The translations under genes were made by a program, and so were the position numbers. DNA of 64,000 nucleotides, taken from assembly GCA_964016885.1 (NCBI GenBank), contig OZ024744.1, forward strand, positions 73,408,001 through 73,472,000, given 5' to 3'. The notes below the pieces were generated by a model. The model searched no databases and was not told the origin of the DNA. It was given only the letters and a program-made list of their open reading frames with translations. This DNA is from Eledone cirrhosa. Its lineage: Eukaryota. Below, in pieces: positions 1-12,479 of the stretch (position 1 is its first letter; every line of letters starts with the position of its first letter).

Positions 1-820
1 CTGGGGGGAACTAAAAGGACGAAAAAACGGGTCAGTACTATACGAACATGCTAGACAACATCATGACGGTAACATAGACAACATAGAAATTAGAATAATA
101 TCTAAACATAGGAATGACCCAGCAGATAGGCAAATCAGAGAGGCCAGTGAAATAGAAATTAGAAGACCAAAGCTAAACAGAAAGAATGAGTGGAACAACA
201 ACAACACCCAAACAAACAACACTGACCTAAGAGAAGTATAAATAAATAAGTAAATTAAATAAAATAAAATAAGATAAATAAATACATACACAAGCACATA
301 AACACACACTAGTCACCCAGCAGACACAACACTATACACACTAGTCACACATCACACATAACACTATACACACACGCAAACGCATGCGCAAAGAAGACAA
401 AATAAAATAAGATAAACAAACAAGCAAATAAATAAATAAATAAATATATAGACAGACTGAACAAAAAAAATGGCGTAGACATACAACACAACAGGAGGAA
501 CAATGAATATAACACCACTGACGATGTTGCAGATGTGCAACGAAAGATTTATGTAAACTATATATATATGTGTTTGTCTATATTGTATCTGTATTATTTT
601 TGACCGCCGGTCAGTCAATGGCAACATTGAGGACCGAGTAAGTTAGATCGCAGATATATATATATAAAAGACAGCGAGAAGCGAAAACCAACCAAACAGT
701 GAGTGTGTTCTGTTATTAATTCTGGCAATATTACGCAAATATGACCCTCCCCAAATATAACAATATCTGTTTCGACACACGATTTCATATAAAAAACCTC
801 GCAAAACTAATTCATCGCCG

Positions 821-821
<1 letters not shown>
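1..821 (+). mobile_element. 3' end (GIY-YIG C-terminus + terminal repeat + tail) of a Penelope-like element, same family as 22299-26062
   Basis: Near-identical reverse complement of 22299-23074. The frame ends ...NTDLREV* with a stop at 239-241. It ends in the tail tctgtttcgacacacgatttcatataaaaaacctcgcaaaac just before a (TA)n tract. Confidence 0.9.
515..554 (+). ncRNA. Hammerhead ribozyme-like motif in PLE terminal repeat (minimal, weak stem I)
   Basis: CTGACGA-t-gttgca-gatg-tgcaac-GAAA-gatt-TA-tg. Core and 6-bp stem II are perfect, stem I is only about 2 bp. Second copy on the minus strand at 22518-22557. Confidence 0.55.
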
Positions 822-894
<73 letters not shown>

Positions 895-896
<2 letters not shown>

Positions 897-1506
897 CGTT
901 TCTGAATTTGTTTAGCAAGATTCTTTATCTGAAAACGTGTGTTAAAACCGATATTGTTATACTTTGGGAGGGTCATGTTGCCAATAAGAAACACATGCAC
1001 CAGTTGCTTTCACTCCAATTTATTATAAATTAAATTTATAAATTTAAGAATTTATAAATTTACGGTTGGTTGGTTGGTTCAACAACCGGACGGTTGTTCA
1101 TATATTGTCAAAGTTCTTTCGTCACACATTCTGTGACCTCTTCAGTGACTGGGGACTCTTTTCTCTGTTTTTGTGCCTCTCCTTTGTTCTGTCCAACGCC
1201 ATCTTGTTTTTGTGTGTGTGTTCACACACACTAAAAGAAGATGGCGTAGGACAGAACAAAGGAGACACACAAAAAACAAAGAAAAGAATCTCCAGTCACT
1301 GAAGAGGTCACAGAATGTGTGACGAAAGAACTTTGACAATATATGAACAACCGTCCGGTTGTTGAACCAACCAACCAACCGTAAATTTATAAATTCTTAA
1401 ATTTATAAATTTAATTTATAATAAATTGGAGTGAAAGCAACTGGTGCATGTGTTTCTTATTGGCAACATGACCCTCCCAAAGTATAACAATATCGGTTTT
1501 AACACA
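895..1506. mobile_element. Palindromic (fold-back) PLE-derived element with a one-sided tail
   Basis: 947-~1205 is the near-perfect reverse complement of ~1239-1506. About 50 bp extra (895-946) is present on the left only. The terminus atgaccctcccaaa..tataacaatatc is shared with the PLE family at 1-821. Confidence 0.85.
1295..1337 (+). ncRNA. Type I minimal hammerhead ribozyme (mirror copy 1107-1149 on minus strand)
   Basis: gtca-CTGAAGA-g-gtcaca-gaatg-tgtgac-GAAA-gaac-TT-tgac. Stem I gtca/tgac, 6-bp stem II, CUU cleavage triplet. Confidence 0.75.
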
Positions 1507-1754
1507 TATAAGAGAGGGTGTAAATAGGAGGAAGGCAAGAAAGAAATACATACATAAATATTTAAATGAATAAGAAAACGGATAAGAAAAACACCAACCA
1601 CAATTTTCAGCATATTTTTAAATCTAGGAAAAATCCTCCTTACAACAAACTCTTGGCTAATTTCGAAAACGAAATTATAAATATACTAAGGAATATACAA
1701 TTTCAAAAAAACCCATATAGAGGCCAGGAATACCTTAGAGGTCTAAAGGAAATG

Positions 1755-1946
1755 ATTAATTGTTTCTACTTTCGGCACAAGGCCAGCAATTACCTAGTGC
1801 ATTACTGGTACTTTATTTTATCGACCCCGTAAGGATGAAAGGCAAAGTTAACCTCGGCGGGATTTGAACTCAGATCGTAAAGGGACGTAACTATGCTGGA
1901 AAGCATGGCGTCCGACGCTCTACCGATACTGACAATCCACCGCCTT
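1755..1946 (-). mobile_element. tRNA-derived SINE (major family in window)
   Basis: Minus strand reads an A-box-like TGTCAGTATCGGT, B-box GAGTTCAAATCC, body ...gtcgataaaataaagtaccag and 3' end gccttgtgccgaaagtagaaacaatt. It is inserted in a PLE ORF. Confidence 0.85.
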
Positions 1947-2917
1947 GAATAATTAATGACATACAGAAAGTAAATAAAATATTAGTGAAAACAGACAAAA
2001 CGAACAACCTATATGGGATTGTAATTATAAAAGAATTGAGAAAAAATTACAAAAAAGCCCCATCTAAACTTAGAAAACCGAACCCTTCATACTAAGGCAA
2101 CCGCGCATAAATTTTAAAGACCATAAAAGAAATTTTGAAGAGGACTTACCTGTTAGACTTCGAAATCAGATCTCGGAATAATTAGTAAAAACATAATAGA
2201 TAGGATTTTACCAAAGTTTAAATGGAGGTCAAGGCTAAATCTATGGAAGGGCACTAGTGAAGTCATAGATTGGTTCAATAATATCGAAAATAAAAATAAT
2301 CATAAGTTCATTCAAATGGACATAGCGAGTTAAATAAGACGGTATCATATGCATATAAACACACGGATCTATCTAGTCATAAGATAAATATTATTTTAAC
2401 AGCAATGCGAACTCTGATTCGGCGCAAGTTATCTTGTGAGAATTTTCATCCTTAACATGATAAATAGAAAACTGCCGGAGATTACCGGTGGTTTATATAG
2501 AGATGACATATTATTTACTGTAGAAAAACATAATAATAGCGAATTAAATAGAGTAAAGAAAGTAATTATAATTTTTTTTAAAAATTACGACCTGAAATTA
2601 GAAGTAGAAAATAACAATAAATAGTTAATTTTTTTAGATGTAACTCTTAATTTGAACTCAGGCCTTTATTATCCTTTCCATAAACTCAATGAGAACTTAA
2701 ATTATTCTAATCATCCTAAAAGTGTTAAGAATGCAATAGTCAACAGTGTACAACAACGAATATCCAGACTATCTGCTAATAGATCTATAGTTAACAGTAA
2801 AGCCGTATATTATAATGAAGCCTTACGTAAAGCAGGATATAACAATAATATCGAGTATATAGAAAAAAATACTGAAAATAATATTAATTATAATCACATT
2901 ATTGATAATAATAATAA

Positions 2918-3108
2918 TAATTGTTTCTACTTTTAGCACAAGGCCAGCATTTATTCCAATGTATTACTGGTACTTTATTTTATCGACCCCGTAAGGATGA
3001 AAGGCAAAGTTAACCTCGGCGGGATTTGAACTCAGTCCGTAAAGGGACGTAACTGTGCTGCAAAGCATGGCGTCCGACTCTCTACCGATACTGCCAATCC
3101 ACCGCCCT
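2918..3108 (-). mobile_element. tRNA-derived SINE
   Basis: Same family as 1755-1946, inserted into an (AAT)n tract of the PLE. Confidence 0.85.
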
Positions 3109-4974
3109 GAATAATAATAATAATAATAATAATGATAAAATTGACTATAAAAATAACAACTTGAGGAATAAATTGGGGAAAAAAATAAGAACTAGATTTA
3201 TAATTAGATATGCTCCGCCAGCCTCTTTAACTATTAAAACAACTTTAGCACACTTATTTTTTAAAGCCTTGGATAAATGCTTCCCTAGATCACACACATA
3301 TTACTCTATCTTCAATAGATACACAGTTAAACTCTCTTATTCAACAACTATAAATATTGCTCAAAATATAGCAAAAGTAAATAGTAAAAATCTTAATTTG
3401 AACCAACATATAAATAGCGATAATAACAATAATAATAATACATTAGTTAATGTGAATAACACTAATAATAGTTTAAATATGAATAATAGTAGAATACCTT
3501 TAAATAATAATAATAATAATAATAATAATATGAATAGTTTAGGGTATAGAAATAACATCGAGAAGACATGTAACTGTAGAAAGAAGTCAGAATGTCCCTT
3601 TCAAAATAACTGCCATGACAAGAATCTAGTATATAAATGTACCATTAAGACAAATAATAATATATATAACTACATTGGTGCCACTTCATATAAATTTAAG
3701 TTTCGTTGGTACAATCATAAAAATTCCTTTTCTAAACCAGATAAAAAAGTTTCAACTTCACTCTCACAATTAATATGGTCTTTGAAGGATATTAAATACT
3801 CTATCTCTTGAACTCGGTTAAAGAATGCCAAATCCTATCGCCAAATTGCAATCTTTGCAATTTTGAGACTCTATTGATAATTACAAATTATGACAATTTA
3901 ATTAACAAGAAAAAATTCAGCAGCTGGCAACATAAATTCGTAAAACAAGTTTCGAAAAAATATTGACAATTAATAATTTAAAAAATATATATATATAATT
4001 TTTTGCCTTTCTGGAGTAATAATTTATTGATGTTTTATCTATTAGAATAATTTCATTAAGAGTTTCTGTATCCTATGTTTTGATTAGAACAGTTCAATAT
4101 TTAACTAGACAATTGTTGATTTATGGTTTAGAAATATCACTAGATTTCAGAGTAGATACTTGGTTTAAATGTTCACATATGGTGAATGAGTTATCTTCCT
4201 TTTGTTTACATTCTTTGTAAATATTTTTTATTCTGTTTGAATAGCTTGCTAAATTATATTTGACATGAATTATGTAGTTTAATAATATAAGAATATCTTT
4301 AAAAGGAAACTATAATAATAATTACAGAAGTAAATATAAATTAACGAAATAAAATTATTGAGAGTAAATATAACTGCAATTTAATCCTGTAATTGTATGA
4401 TAATTAAAGAATAGAAATGATTTTATAAAGAGAATATCCTATTTAAATAAAATAATTCGGATAAAAAATGATCTTCATATATTATATATATTGATGGTGA
4501 TATATGCATGTATTTTAATATATATTTTAATGCATGTTTAATAATTATTTGAATTTGCTTTAAAGATATATTTTTTAAAAGTTGTAACAAATCACTTAAG
4601 GAATATATTACCTAAACCAAAATTTGTAATCTATAATGAGTTAAATAAAATTATATAAATTTTTAATTAAACTAATTATGTGACTATATTCCCTCTCTTT
4701 TGTCGTTATTTCTCCTTTCTTCTTCCTCTATTCATCCATTTATTTATTTATATATTTTTATTCATTTAAATATTTATGTATATATTTCTTTCTTGCCTTC
4801 CTCCTCTTTACACCCTCTCTTATATCTCTAATTGGCTCCACGTCCTTTTCTTCTTTAAGTTTATCATATTATTATTTGTGGTATATAAATGTTGAGATTT
4901 GATGAAATAAATCACTGCCAATACAGGAATTGAAATATCGAGACCGTAGAGGTATGTCATATATCAAATTTAAT

Positions 4975-5052
4975 ATTTTATCTGACGAGGACGTACTGAA
5001 AAAACAACACAGTTACTTCGAAATATATATAATAAAGTATATATTTATATTA
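4975..5052 (+). ncRNA. Degenerate hammerhead-like motif at the 3' end of the Naiad-like PLE
   Basis: CTGACGA-ggacgtactg..cagttacttc-GAAA-tatatat-aataaa-gtatata-TT. Stems II and III are present, stem I is imperfect. Confidence 0.5.
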
Positions 5053-5085
5053 TGTGAATATCTTCATTTGTTAATATTTTGAATA

Positions 5086-5570
<485 letters not shown>

Positions 5571-5760
5571 ATATATATAGAGAGAGGTGTGTAGTCATGA
5601 TAGTACATGTCCGAAACGTTAAGACCCTCTTCCTGCTATATCAAGGGTTAACCTAATATATCACTTTCATATATTGTACCAATTGTGTTGTTATTTCTGT
5701 TTACCATTTACATATAGATCACTCTTGAGTGCTACTGGTATCACATAAACCAGTACAACC

Positions 5761-7874
5761 TGTCGCATCCTGGAAAAATACTTCCCATCCGGCCACAAAT
5801 ACCATAATCTTATCAATAAAATACCATTAAAATCTCTTACTCTACTACACCTAACATCGCGTACCATATAGCTAGTAGTAATAAAAGGAAGATTAATAAT
5901 GATTTCCAACTAATTAAAACACAACAGGAGGTAAACTTAGTACCTGTAAATCCTAGTAGTAATAGTAATAATTGTAATAGCACTAATAAAATCAATAACA
6001 ATAAAAATGACAACCATCATTACCCTAATGCTATCCCTAGCAACCAGACTTCTACACAACATAGTAACCGGCAAGCAAACATCCAGAATAAATGTAACTG
6101 TAGAACTAATAGAACCTGCCCCTTAGGTATAATTGCTTAATCAAAGACATCATTTACTCATGCACGGTAAACGCAAACAACTCTTCTAAAACATATATTG
6201 GCTCTACTTCCAACTGCTTCAAGACGAGATACAACTCGCACCTCCACTCTTTCAAAGAACACAATCTAGCCAACTCTACTTCTTTATCTAGCTACATACA
6301 CTCTCTGAAAACTAGGAATAGACCATATACACTTCAATGAGAAGTAGTAGGTAGGGCTACACCGTATAAACCACCGAATAAATTGTGTAACCTCTGTCTT
6401 CTAGATACCCGTACTATAATCTTTTCGAAACTAGACCTCCTAAATAGAAAATCAGAGGTATTTTCCTTATGCCAGCATCACTACCGACACTCGTTCCATA
6501 ACTTTAAACCTAGCTGCTAGTATATAACAATGTCAGATTTGAATTCCTCACCACCATTAACACTTCACCTCTAGGAATTATCAGCCCCCACAGCAACACA
6601 CTCTTTGATCAGCTCTTTCCTCTACACAATTCCTATTTATCTCAAACCTTATACTCTACATTAACAGAAATAAACATAAAGTTACCACCTTTTAATATAA
6701 CTACTATAGCTTACTTATATTATATACAGTAATGGATATATAATATGTAGAGACATTTAATGTAATATGTAATAATAAATTATATATACACTTATAATTA
6801 AATATATAAATTAATAGCATTGTATATAAGGGATTAACTTTTAACACAATATAATGTATATTATTAACACAAAAAATTTAACTAATTGGACATGTAAACA
6901 GCTATACATTTTTCCATAACTTATATCTTGTCCAGTAATGGATAGATAATAATCTAATGAGACCTTTAATCTATTATAGGAAAATAGACTGTATTTAAAA
7001 TTAAGTATAAATATATAACATTATGTAAAAGAGATATAATGTGTATTAGAGCAAAGAATTAAAATAATTGATACTTTCCTATATATTTTAATTTAATTTA
7101 ATTAGCTAGTTACCTCCCCTTACGCATTAGCTCCCCTTAATCTTGGATCTCATACTCACTTCCGGAAATTAAACCGTTAGAAAAACTAACTGTGGAACAA
7201 CTCTAATCCATGAATAAGAATACAATAAGACCAATTTAAAATCTATTGTTGTAACTAACTAAAAAACATTCAATATAAACATTAACTAAAATATAATTTA
7301 ACATATGTAATGGAAAAGATAACAATAATTTTGATTTTCTCAATACACACAAATTTGAACACTACAGTAACTATCATCACATTACATCCACCATAATGTT
7401 TAATACACTAACACATTTGCTTGGTATTTTAAGTGATACTTTTACCATACAGTATTTATTTATTTATATATATATGCCTAATACCTTTGCTTGTTTCCTT
7501 CTCATATATATGACGAACGCATGTGCACTTTCTACACGCCTGCATATGTACTGCTAGTGTAAGCCTGCATATGTACGGCTAGTCTTTAATTATTAGACTA
7601 TTCTCTTGTATTATCTGTTGCATGTATCCCACTCTGTGCTTTTAATTTGAATTTGAATTTTTGTACAATTCTCGTATAATATATGTCGCATCCATTACAC
7701 CTTGTAAATACTAAATGTTCACAACATCAATATATATGTATCTATATGGTTATTCAGTTGAATATGAGGTTAATTATATGTACATTGATAATGCTCCGGT
7801 GAGTAGAAACGAAAGTTTGGAAGAAACGATTGTCAGTAATTAAATGATTTGAACATAACAGTGATAATTGTGTA

Positions 7875-7875
<1 letters not shown>
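5761..7875 (+). mobile_element. 3' fragment of a Naiad-like Penelope element (GIY-YIG pseudogene + long AT-rich 3' region)
   Basis: Manual translation gives RILEKYFPSGHKYHNLINK/TIKISYSTTPN..KCNCRTNRTCPLG/CLIKDIIYSC..KTYIGSTSNCFKTRYNSH..CNLCLLD..LLNRKSE, with frameshifts and a stop. Hammerhead-like TTGATAA-tgctc-cggt-gagta-GAAA-cgaaag-TT at 7781-7821. Confidence 0.8.
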
Positions 7876-7923
<48 letters not shown>

Positions 7924-9042
7924 AACGAGTAGGACCCCGACGACTGAGCTCAAGCCGTTTCGACGGCTAATTCTGGACTAAATGAACATTTTTATCCTGG
8001 TACATGAATAGCCGAGCTTCTCAGGGGGTAATTCCATATATGGTAAAAGTGATTGTCACAAGGATTGGTCAAAAGTTTGTTGTTGAGGCACATAATTCTA
8101 TCATGGCAATTTGTGGAAGGAAGGGGTAGCTTAACCTGCCAGTAGAAGAAAGAGGGAGGGGAGTAAACCAAACCGTGCGTTGATAGTGCCAACCACAGCA
8201 GGATCCTAAGGGCAGGAGGTCAAGAAAGTATACTAGGGAGGGGGAGGAGGTGGAAGTAGAACAGTAAGTAAATCAATATGGTGTAAATATATAGAAGAAT
8301 AATATGAATTTTAAAAATATAAAAAACAATTTCTGGTTACTATTCCCTTACCACCGTCATCAATTCTCTCACTGGTACTGCTAAACTATAGAGAGGTTTA
8401 CTAGGTGTGTTGGAATTGTAGTGAGAGAATTTTATGAGTTAGTAGTAATCAACCGAATCTATCTTACAGTGACGGGTCAACAAGTAGGGGGCCAAAATAC
8501 TAAAGAAACTACTACGAAATAATAATTCAGAGTCCCGAAACTAATACGAGATAATAATTCAGAATCCCGAAAAAGAATACTAATATTATATATAAGGGTG
8601 CCGCTACGATACAAAATTTCTAATACAAACTACATAGATGCTCGTACGATATATATGAACAATTTGATACGAACAAATAATTCAGAATCCCCCCCCCCCC
8701 CCACCCGAAAAAAAAATACAGATATACGAGAATCTAAAGCAGAGAAACCACTAAGAAAAGTAGAAAGCTCGGAAATAGGGCAGCCATCGGGTAAGAAAGC
8801 AAGTATCTGGGGTCTATCACATCTGCAATAAAAAGCGGAGTCGGCCAATTCTATCATAGAATAGGGGATGGGGTGGGTTACTGAGGCTACAAAGGACCGA
8901 GCGGCTGCCTCAGGGTGGGCGGGAAAGTGAAAAGGACGACAACAAAGAGTGAGAACTGGGGTGGAAGGACTAAGAAGGGATGGGGGGGGGGAGAAGGAAA
9001 TATAGAGGAAACGATAAAAAGATATAAGAGAAAATCTTACGT

Positions 9043-11271
9043 CTACCTTTGCAAGCAGGGGTTACCCATTACAAAGTCGGCAAGTGGGGTGTTACAGCCC
9101 TTGTCTACCCCCCCCCCCCCCGGGTCATTATGGCGTTTGAGGGCGAGGTAAGTCCTACGCAATCTGTGTTTGCATGCAGTTACCAGTTCGTCTTTCTTGT
9201 TTAGGAGTTGGTCCTTCGAAAACAGCATTTGTAAAGTTTCCTCCGAGCATAAATTGCACGGAGGGCGTCCTCCCGTGTGAGAGTTGGTTCTGGACAGTAA
9301 GCTCCAAGTGAGATCATACGTAATATTATTATCTTTGAGGTCCCAGATGTGGCCCGAAAGTGTGGTGGCGTGACGCCGGGCCGGGTTTCGGGAAGTATGT
9401 CTGTGTTGGTATAGCCGGGTCATGAAGTCACATGCGGTTAATCCGATATAAGCTTTGTTGGAGGTGTCCGTCCTCACGTTGCACTGGTAGATCACATTAC
9501 GATCTCTGCATCTGTTGTCGAGGGGGCAAATAGATCCATCAGGACAGTTGCACCTCCTGGTCGGCTCTCCACTGCTATTAAGGTTATTTCTTCCATAGGG
9601 GTTGAGTTTTTTTGTTGTCAGAGGAGACGATGTTTTGTGCAAAGTTAGGTGTGGTGCTGTAGGAGAGTTTCATGGTATTTTTGTTGATTATGTTGTGGTA
9701 GCGGTGTTGTAGTGGGAAGTGTTTTTCGATGAGTCTAAAGAAGATTTTCCCGATAGGTGTTGTCCCCTCGGCGTTGTGGGGAGGATTGAACCATGTAACA
9801 TTGCGTGCACGGCGGTGTCGCCTGCTGGTTCCGCTAATGGAAGCTGGACAGTAGGATATTTCCTCCGGGAAGCCACTCCACTTGAGGGCCTGGTTGTAAT
9901 AAGGCGCATGTTCCTCGAATATCTGCTCATTAGCGGACAAACGAGATATGCGGAGGGAGATGTTTTAAACCAGGTTATTGATGATTTTCCTAGGATGGTT
10001 TGACCGGCGGTGGATGTAGTGCAGGTTGTCGTTGGGTTTCCTGTATGGGTAGTACAGGTCATTATTGAGGTCAACGGTGACGTCGAGGAAGTTTGCTCGG
10101 GTCAGGGACGTTTGAGGGTTATTTTAGATCCCCAGTCGCGGAAGAAGCTGATTAATTGTGTACGGACCCGGTCTGTACTACTGTGGTTGTTGTCTGTACC
10201 CTTTAAGGGTAAGGAGCCCATCATCACGGTACAATCCACCGCCGAATGCAGGAAACATATCGGTGAGTTTAACTAGTAGGAATAATCCTATAAGATCTGT
10301 GACCTCAGCCGAATCCGTCGCGCCCATGCTGACGTCGAAGGGTGAGTCGGGAGTTCTCTTTATCCATTTGGAGTTGTCGAAAAGTAGACTGTCTTCCTGG
10401 CGTGGAGGATGATATTTCTTTCCTGGCCAGTAATGGGCGCAACTCTCTCGGCGAAGTCTAAGGCAGCCGTAAGGAGCGGTAAGGTAATTGAAGCATAGTA
10501 ACTCTCTATGTCAAACTGGATGAATTTGGTGTCTCGTTTGTCCTCCATATTGCTGAACCATGAGATTACTTCCCGGGTGTTGACCCATAGGCTAAGTCTG
10601 GCGTTTTGCTTAACTTTTGGTATAACGCGGTCTAGGATTTTTTTGCTGATTCTCCCTATGTCGGACTTCGTTGGGTTTATAAGCCTGATAGAAGGTTTAC
10701 GGTCGAAATCGGATTTGTGGTCCTTCAGTGTGAAGTAGGGTGTCCGTGGGTCTAATGGTTCCGTGGGGTCGGCGACCCCGAGGCTGGAGGTAATTTGTTG
10801 TCCATCTCGATTTATGTACTCCATGCATGAGTGGTTAGCCTTTTTATAGGTGGAGTTTAGGCTGCTCCTGATCAGTGTGTGGTATCTGTCGGGGTTGACG
10901 AAGTAGAGGTTACCAGTTTTATACGAGTGCACCATGATGTCATTGGTGTTATCATACTCTGTTAAGTTGCTACGGAGTTTTTGTAGGAATCTGTTGTGTC
11001 TGGGTTTGAATTTAATGTTCTTGACCAGTTGGAAAAGGTCATTCTCGAAGGGTGAGAGCATAGGGTTCGGAGCGGGAGATTTGTAGGTATTAAATCCGAA
11101 TCTCTCCTTGGTACCGAAGTCCTGATTGTTGCAATATCTGTCGTAGAAAAAAGTTCTCCATCTAAGTCTTTTCGCAAAGTGGTCGATTTTTTGCGTGAGC
11201 ATCCGAAGGTAAAGTTTTTTCGGTGGAACTGGGATGTTCTTGGTGGAGAAGTCGATGTTGTGTTTTGGCAT
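9043..11271 (-). pseudogene. PLE reverse transcriptase-GIY-YIG endonuclease polyprotein, frameshifted
   Basis: KNIPVP..KRLRWRTFF, IRLINPTKSDIG, FIQFDIESYYASI, FDVSMG..SAEV, GLYRDDG (~10220-10237), TWFNPP..KHFP..KLSYSTTPN, CNC..CPL..C, VIYQC..AYIG, CNLCSEE, LLNKKDE. Confidence 0.9.
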
Positions 11272-11728
11272 GGCCCCCTACTTGTTGACCCGTCACTGTA
11301 AGATAGATTGGGTTGATTACTACTAACTCATAAAATTCTCTCACTACAATTCCAACACACCTAGTAAACTTCTCTATAGTTTAGCAGTACCAGTGAGAGA
11401 CTTGATGATGGTGGTAAGGGAATAGTAACCAGAAATTGTTTTTTATATTTTTAACATTCTTATTATTCTTCTATATATTTACTCCATATTGATTTACTTA
11501 CTGTTTCTACTCCCCCCCCCTCCCTAGTATACTTTCTTGACCTCCTGCCCTTAGGATCATGCTGTGGTTGCCTCTATCAACGCACAGCTGGGTTTCCTCC
11601 CCCCCCTCTCTCTTCTACTGGCAGGTTCAGCTACCCCTTCCTTTCACAAATTGCCATGATAGAATTATGTCTCAACAACAAACTTTTGACCAATCCTTGT
11701 GACAATCACTTTTACCATATATGGAATT

Positions 11729-11824
11729 ACCCCCTGAGAAGCTCGGCTATTCATGTACCAGGATAAAAATGTTCATTTAGTCCAGAATTAGCCGTCGAAA
11801 CGGCTTGAGCTCAGTCGTCGGGGT
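11729..11824 (+). ncRNA. Hammerhead-like motif with non-canonical core (mirror copy 7934-8029 on minus strand)
   Basis: acccc-CTGAGAA-gctcggcta..tagccgtc-GAAA-cggct-tgagctc-agtcg-TC-ggggt. All three stems and a GUC triplet are present, but the core reads CUGAGAA. Confidence 0.55.
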
Positions 11825-11916
11825 CCTACTCGTTCCTATTACCCACTCTACTAACCTAAGTATTGAGTACTTTGGTGCGTTATGGTCCATCTGGTTCCTT
11901 ACCACATTTCCTTCCT

Positions 11917-11953
<37 letters not shown>

Positions 11954-11960
11954 ATATATA

Positions 11961-12352
11961 TATTGTTATAGTTGGGGAGGGTCATATTGTTGTAATAATA
12001 TTGCCAGAAATAATAACAGAACACACTCACTGTTTGGTTGGTTTTCGCTTCTGCATCTTTTATATCTTCATAGTTAATTTATTTGGCAATCAATGTTTAT
12101 CATTGACTGACCAACGGTTAAAAATACAGATATAAATATATATATATATTTATATCTGTATGGTCAGTCAATGATAAACATTGATTGCCAAATAAATTAA
12201 CTATGGAGATATAAAAGATGCAGAAGCGAAAAACAACCAAACAGTGAGTGTGTTCTGTTATTATTTCTGGCAATATTATTACAACAATATAACACTCCCC
12301 ATGTATAACAATATTAGTTTCGACACACGATTTCATATCAAAAACCTTGCAA

Positions 12353-12358
<6 letters not shown>
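11961..12358. mobile_element. Palindromic truncated PLE terminus (relative of the 1-821 / 22299 family) with a one-sided tail
   Basis: 11961-~12135 is inverted to ~12150-12314. The tail tagtttcgacacacgatttcatatcaaaaaccttgcaaaac is on the right only. Flanked by (TA)n. Confidence 0.85.
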
Positions 12359-12426
<68 letters not shown>

Positions 12427-12479
12427 ATAATGTTAGACCCGACGGCAGAGCTCAAGCCGTTTCAACGGCTATTTCCAGA

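Larger units (their letters stand above)
1507..5085 (+). mobile_element. Decayed Naiad-like Penelope element (RT + C-terminal GIY-YIG), 5'-truncated with a short 5' inversion
   Basis: Fragments GLYRDD (2436-2624), NHPK..ISRLS (2652-2936) and FNRYTVKLSYSTT..CNCRKKSECPFQNNC..LVYKC..YIG (3161-3811). 1506-1575 is an inverted copy of ~4755-4825. Two SINEs interrupt it. Confidence 0.85.
7921..11918 (-). mobile_element. Near full-length Naiad-like Penelope element with ~570-bp inverted terminal repeats
   Basis: 7921-8494 is the inverted copy of 11271-11837. The internal ORF is frameshifted. Both sides are flanked by (TA)n. Confidence 0.9.
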
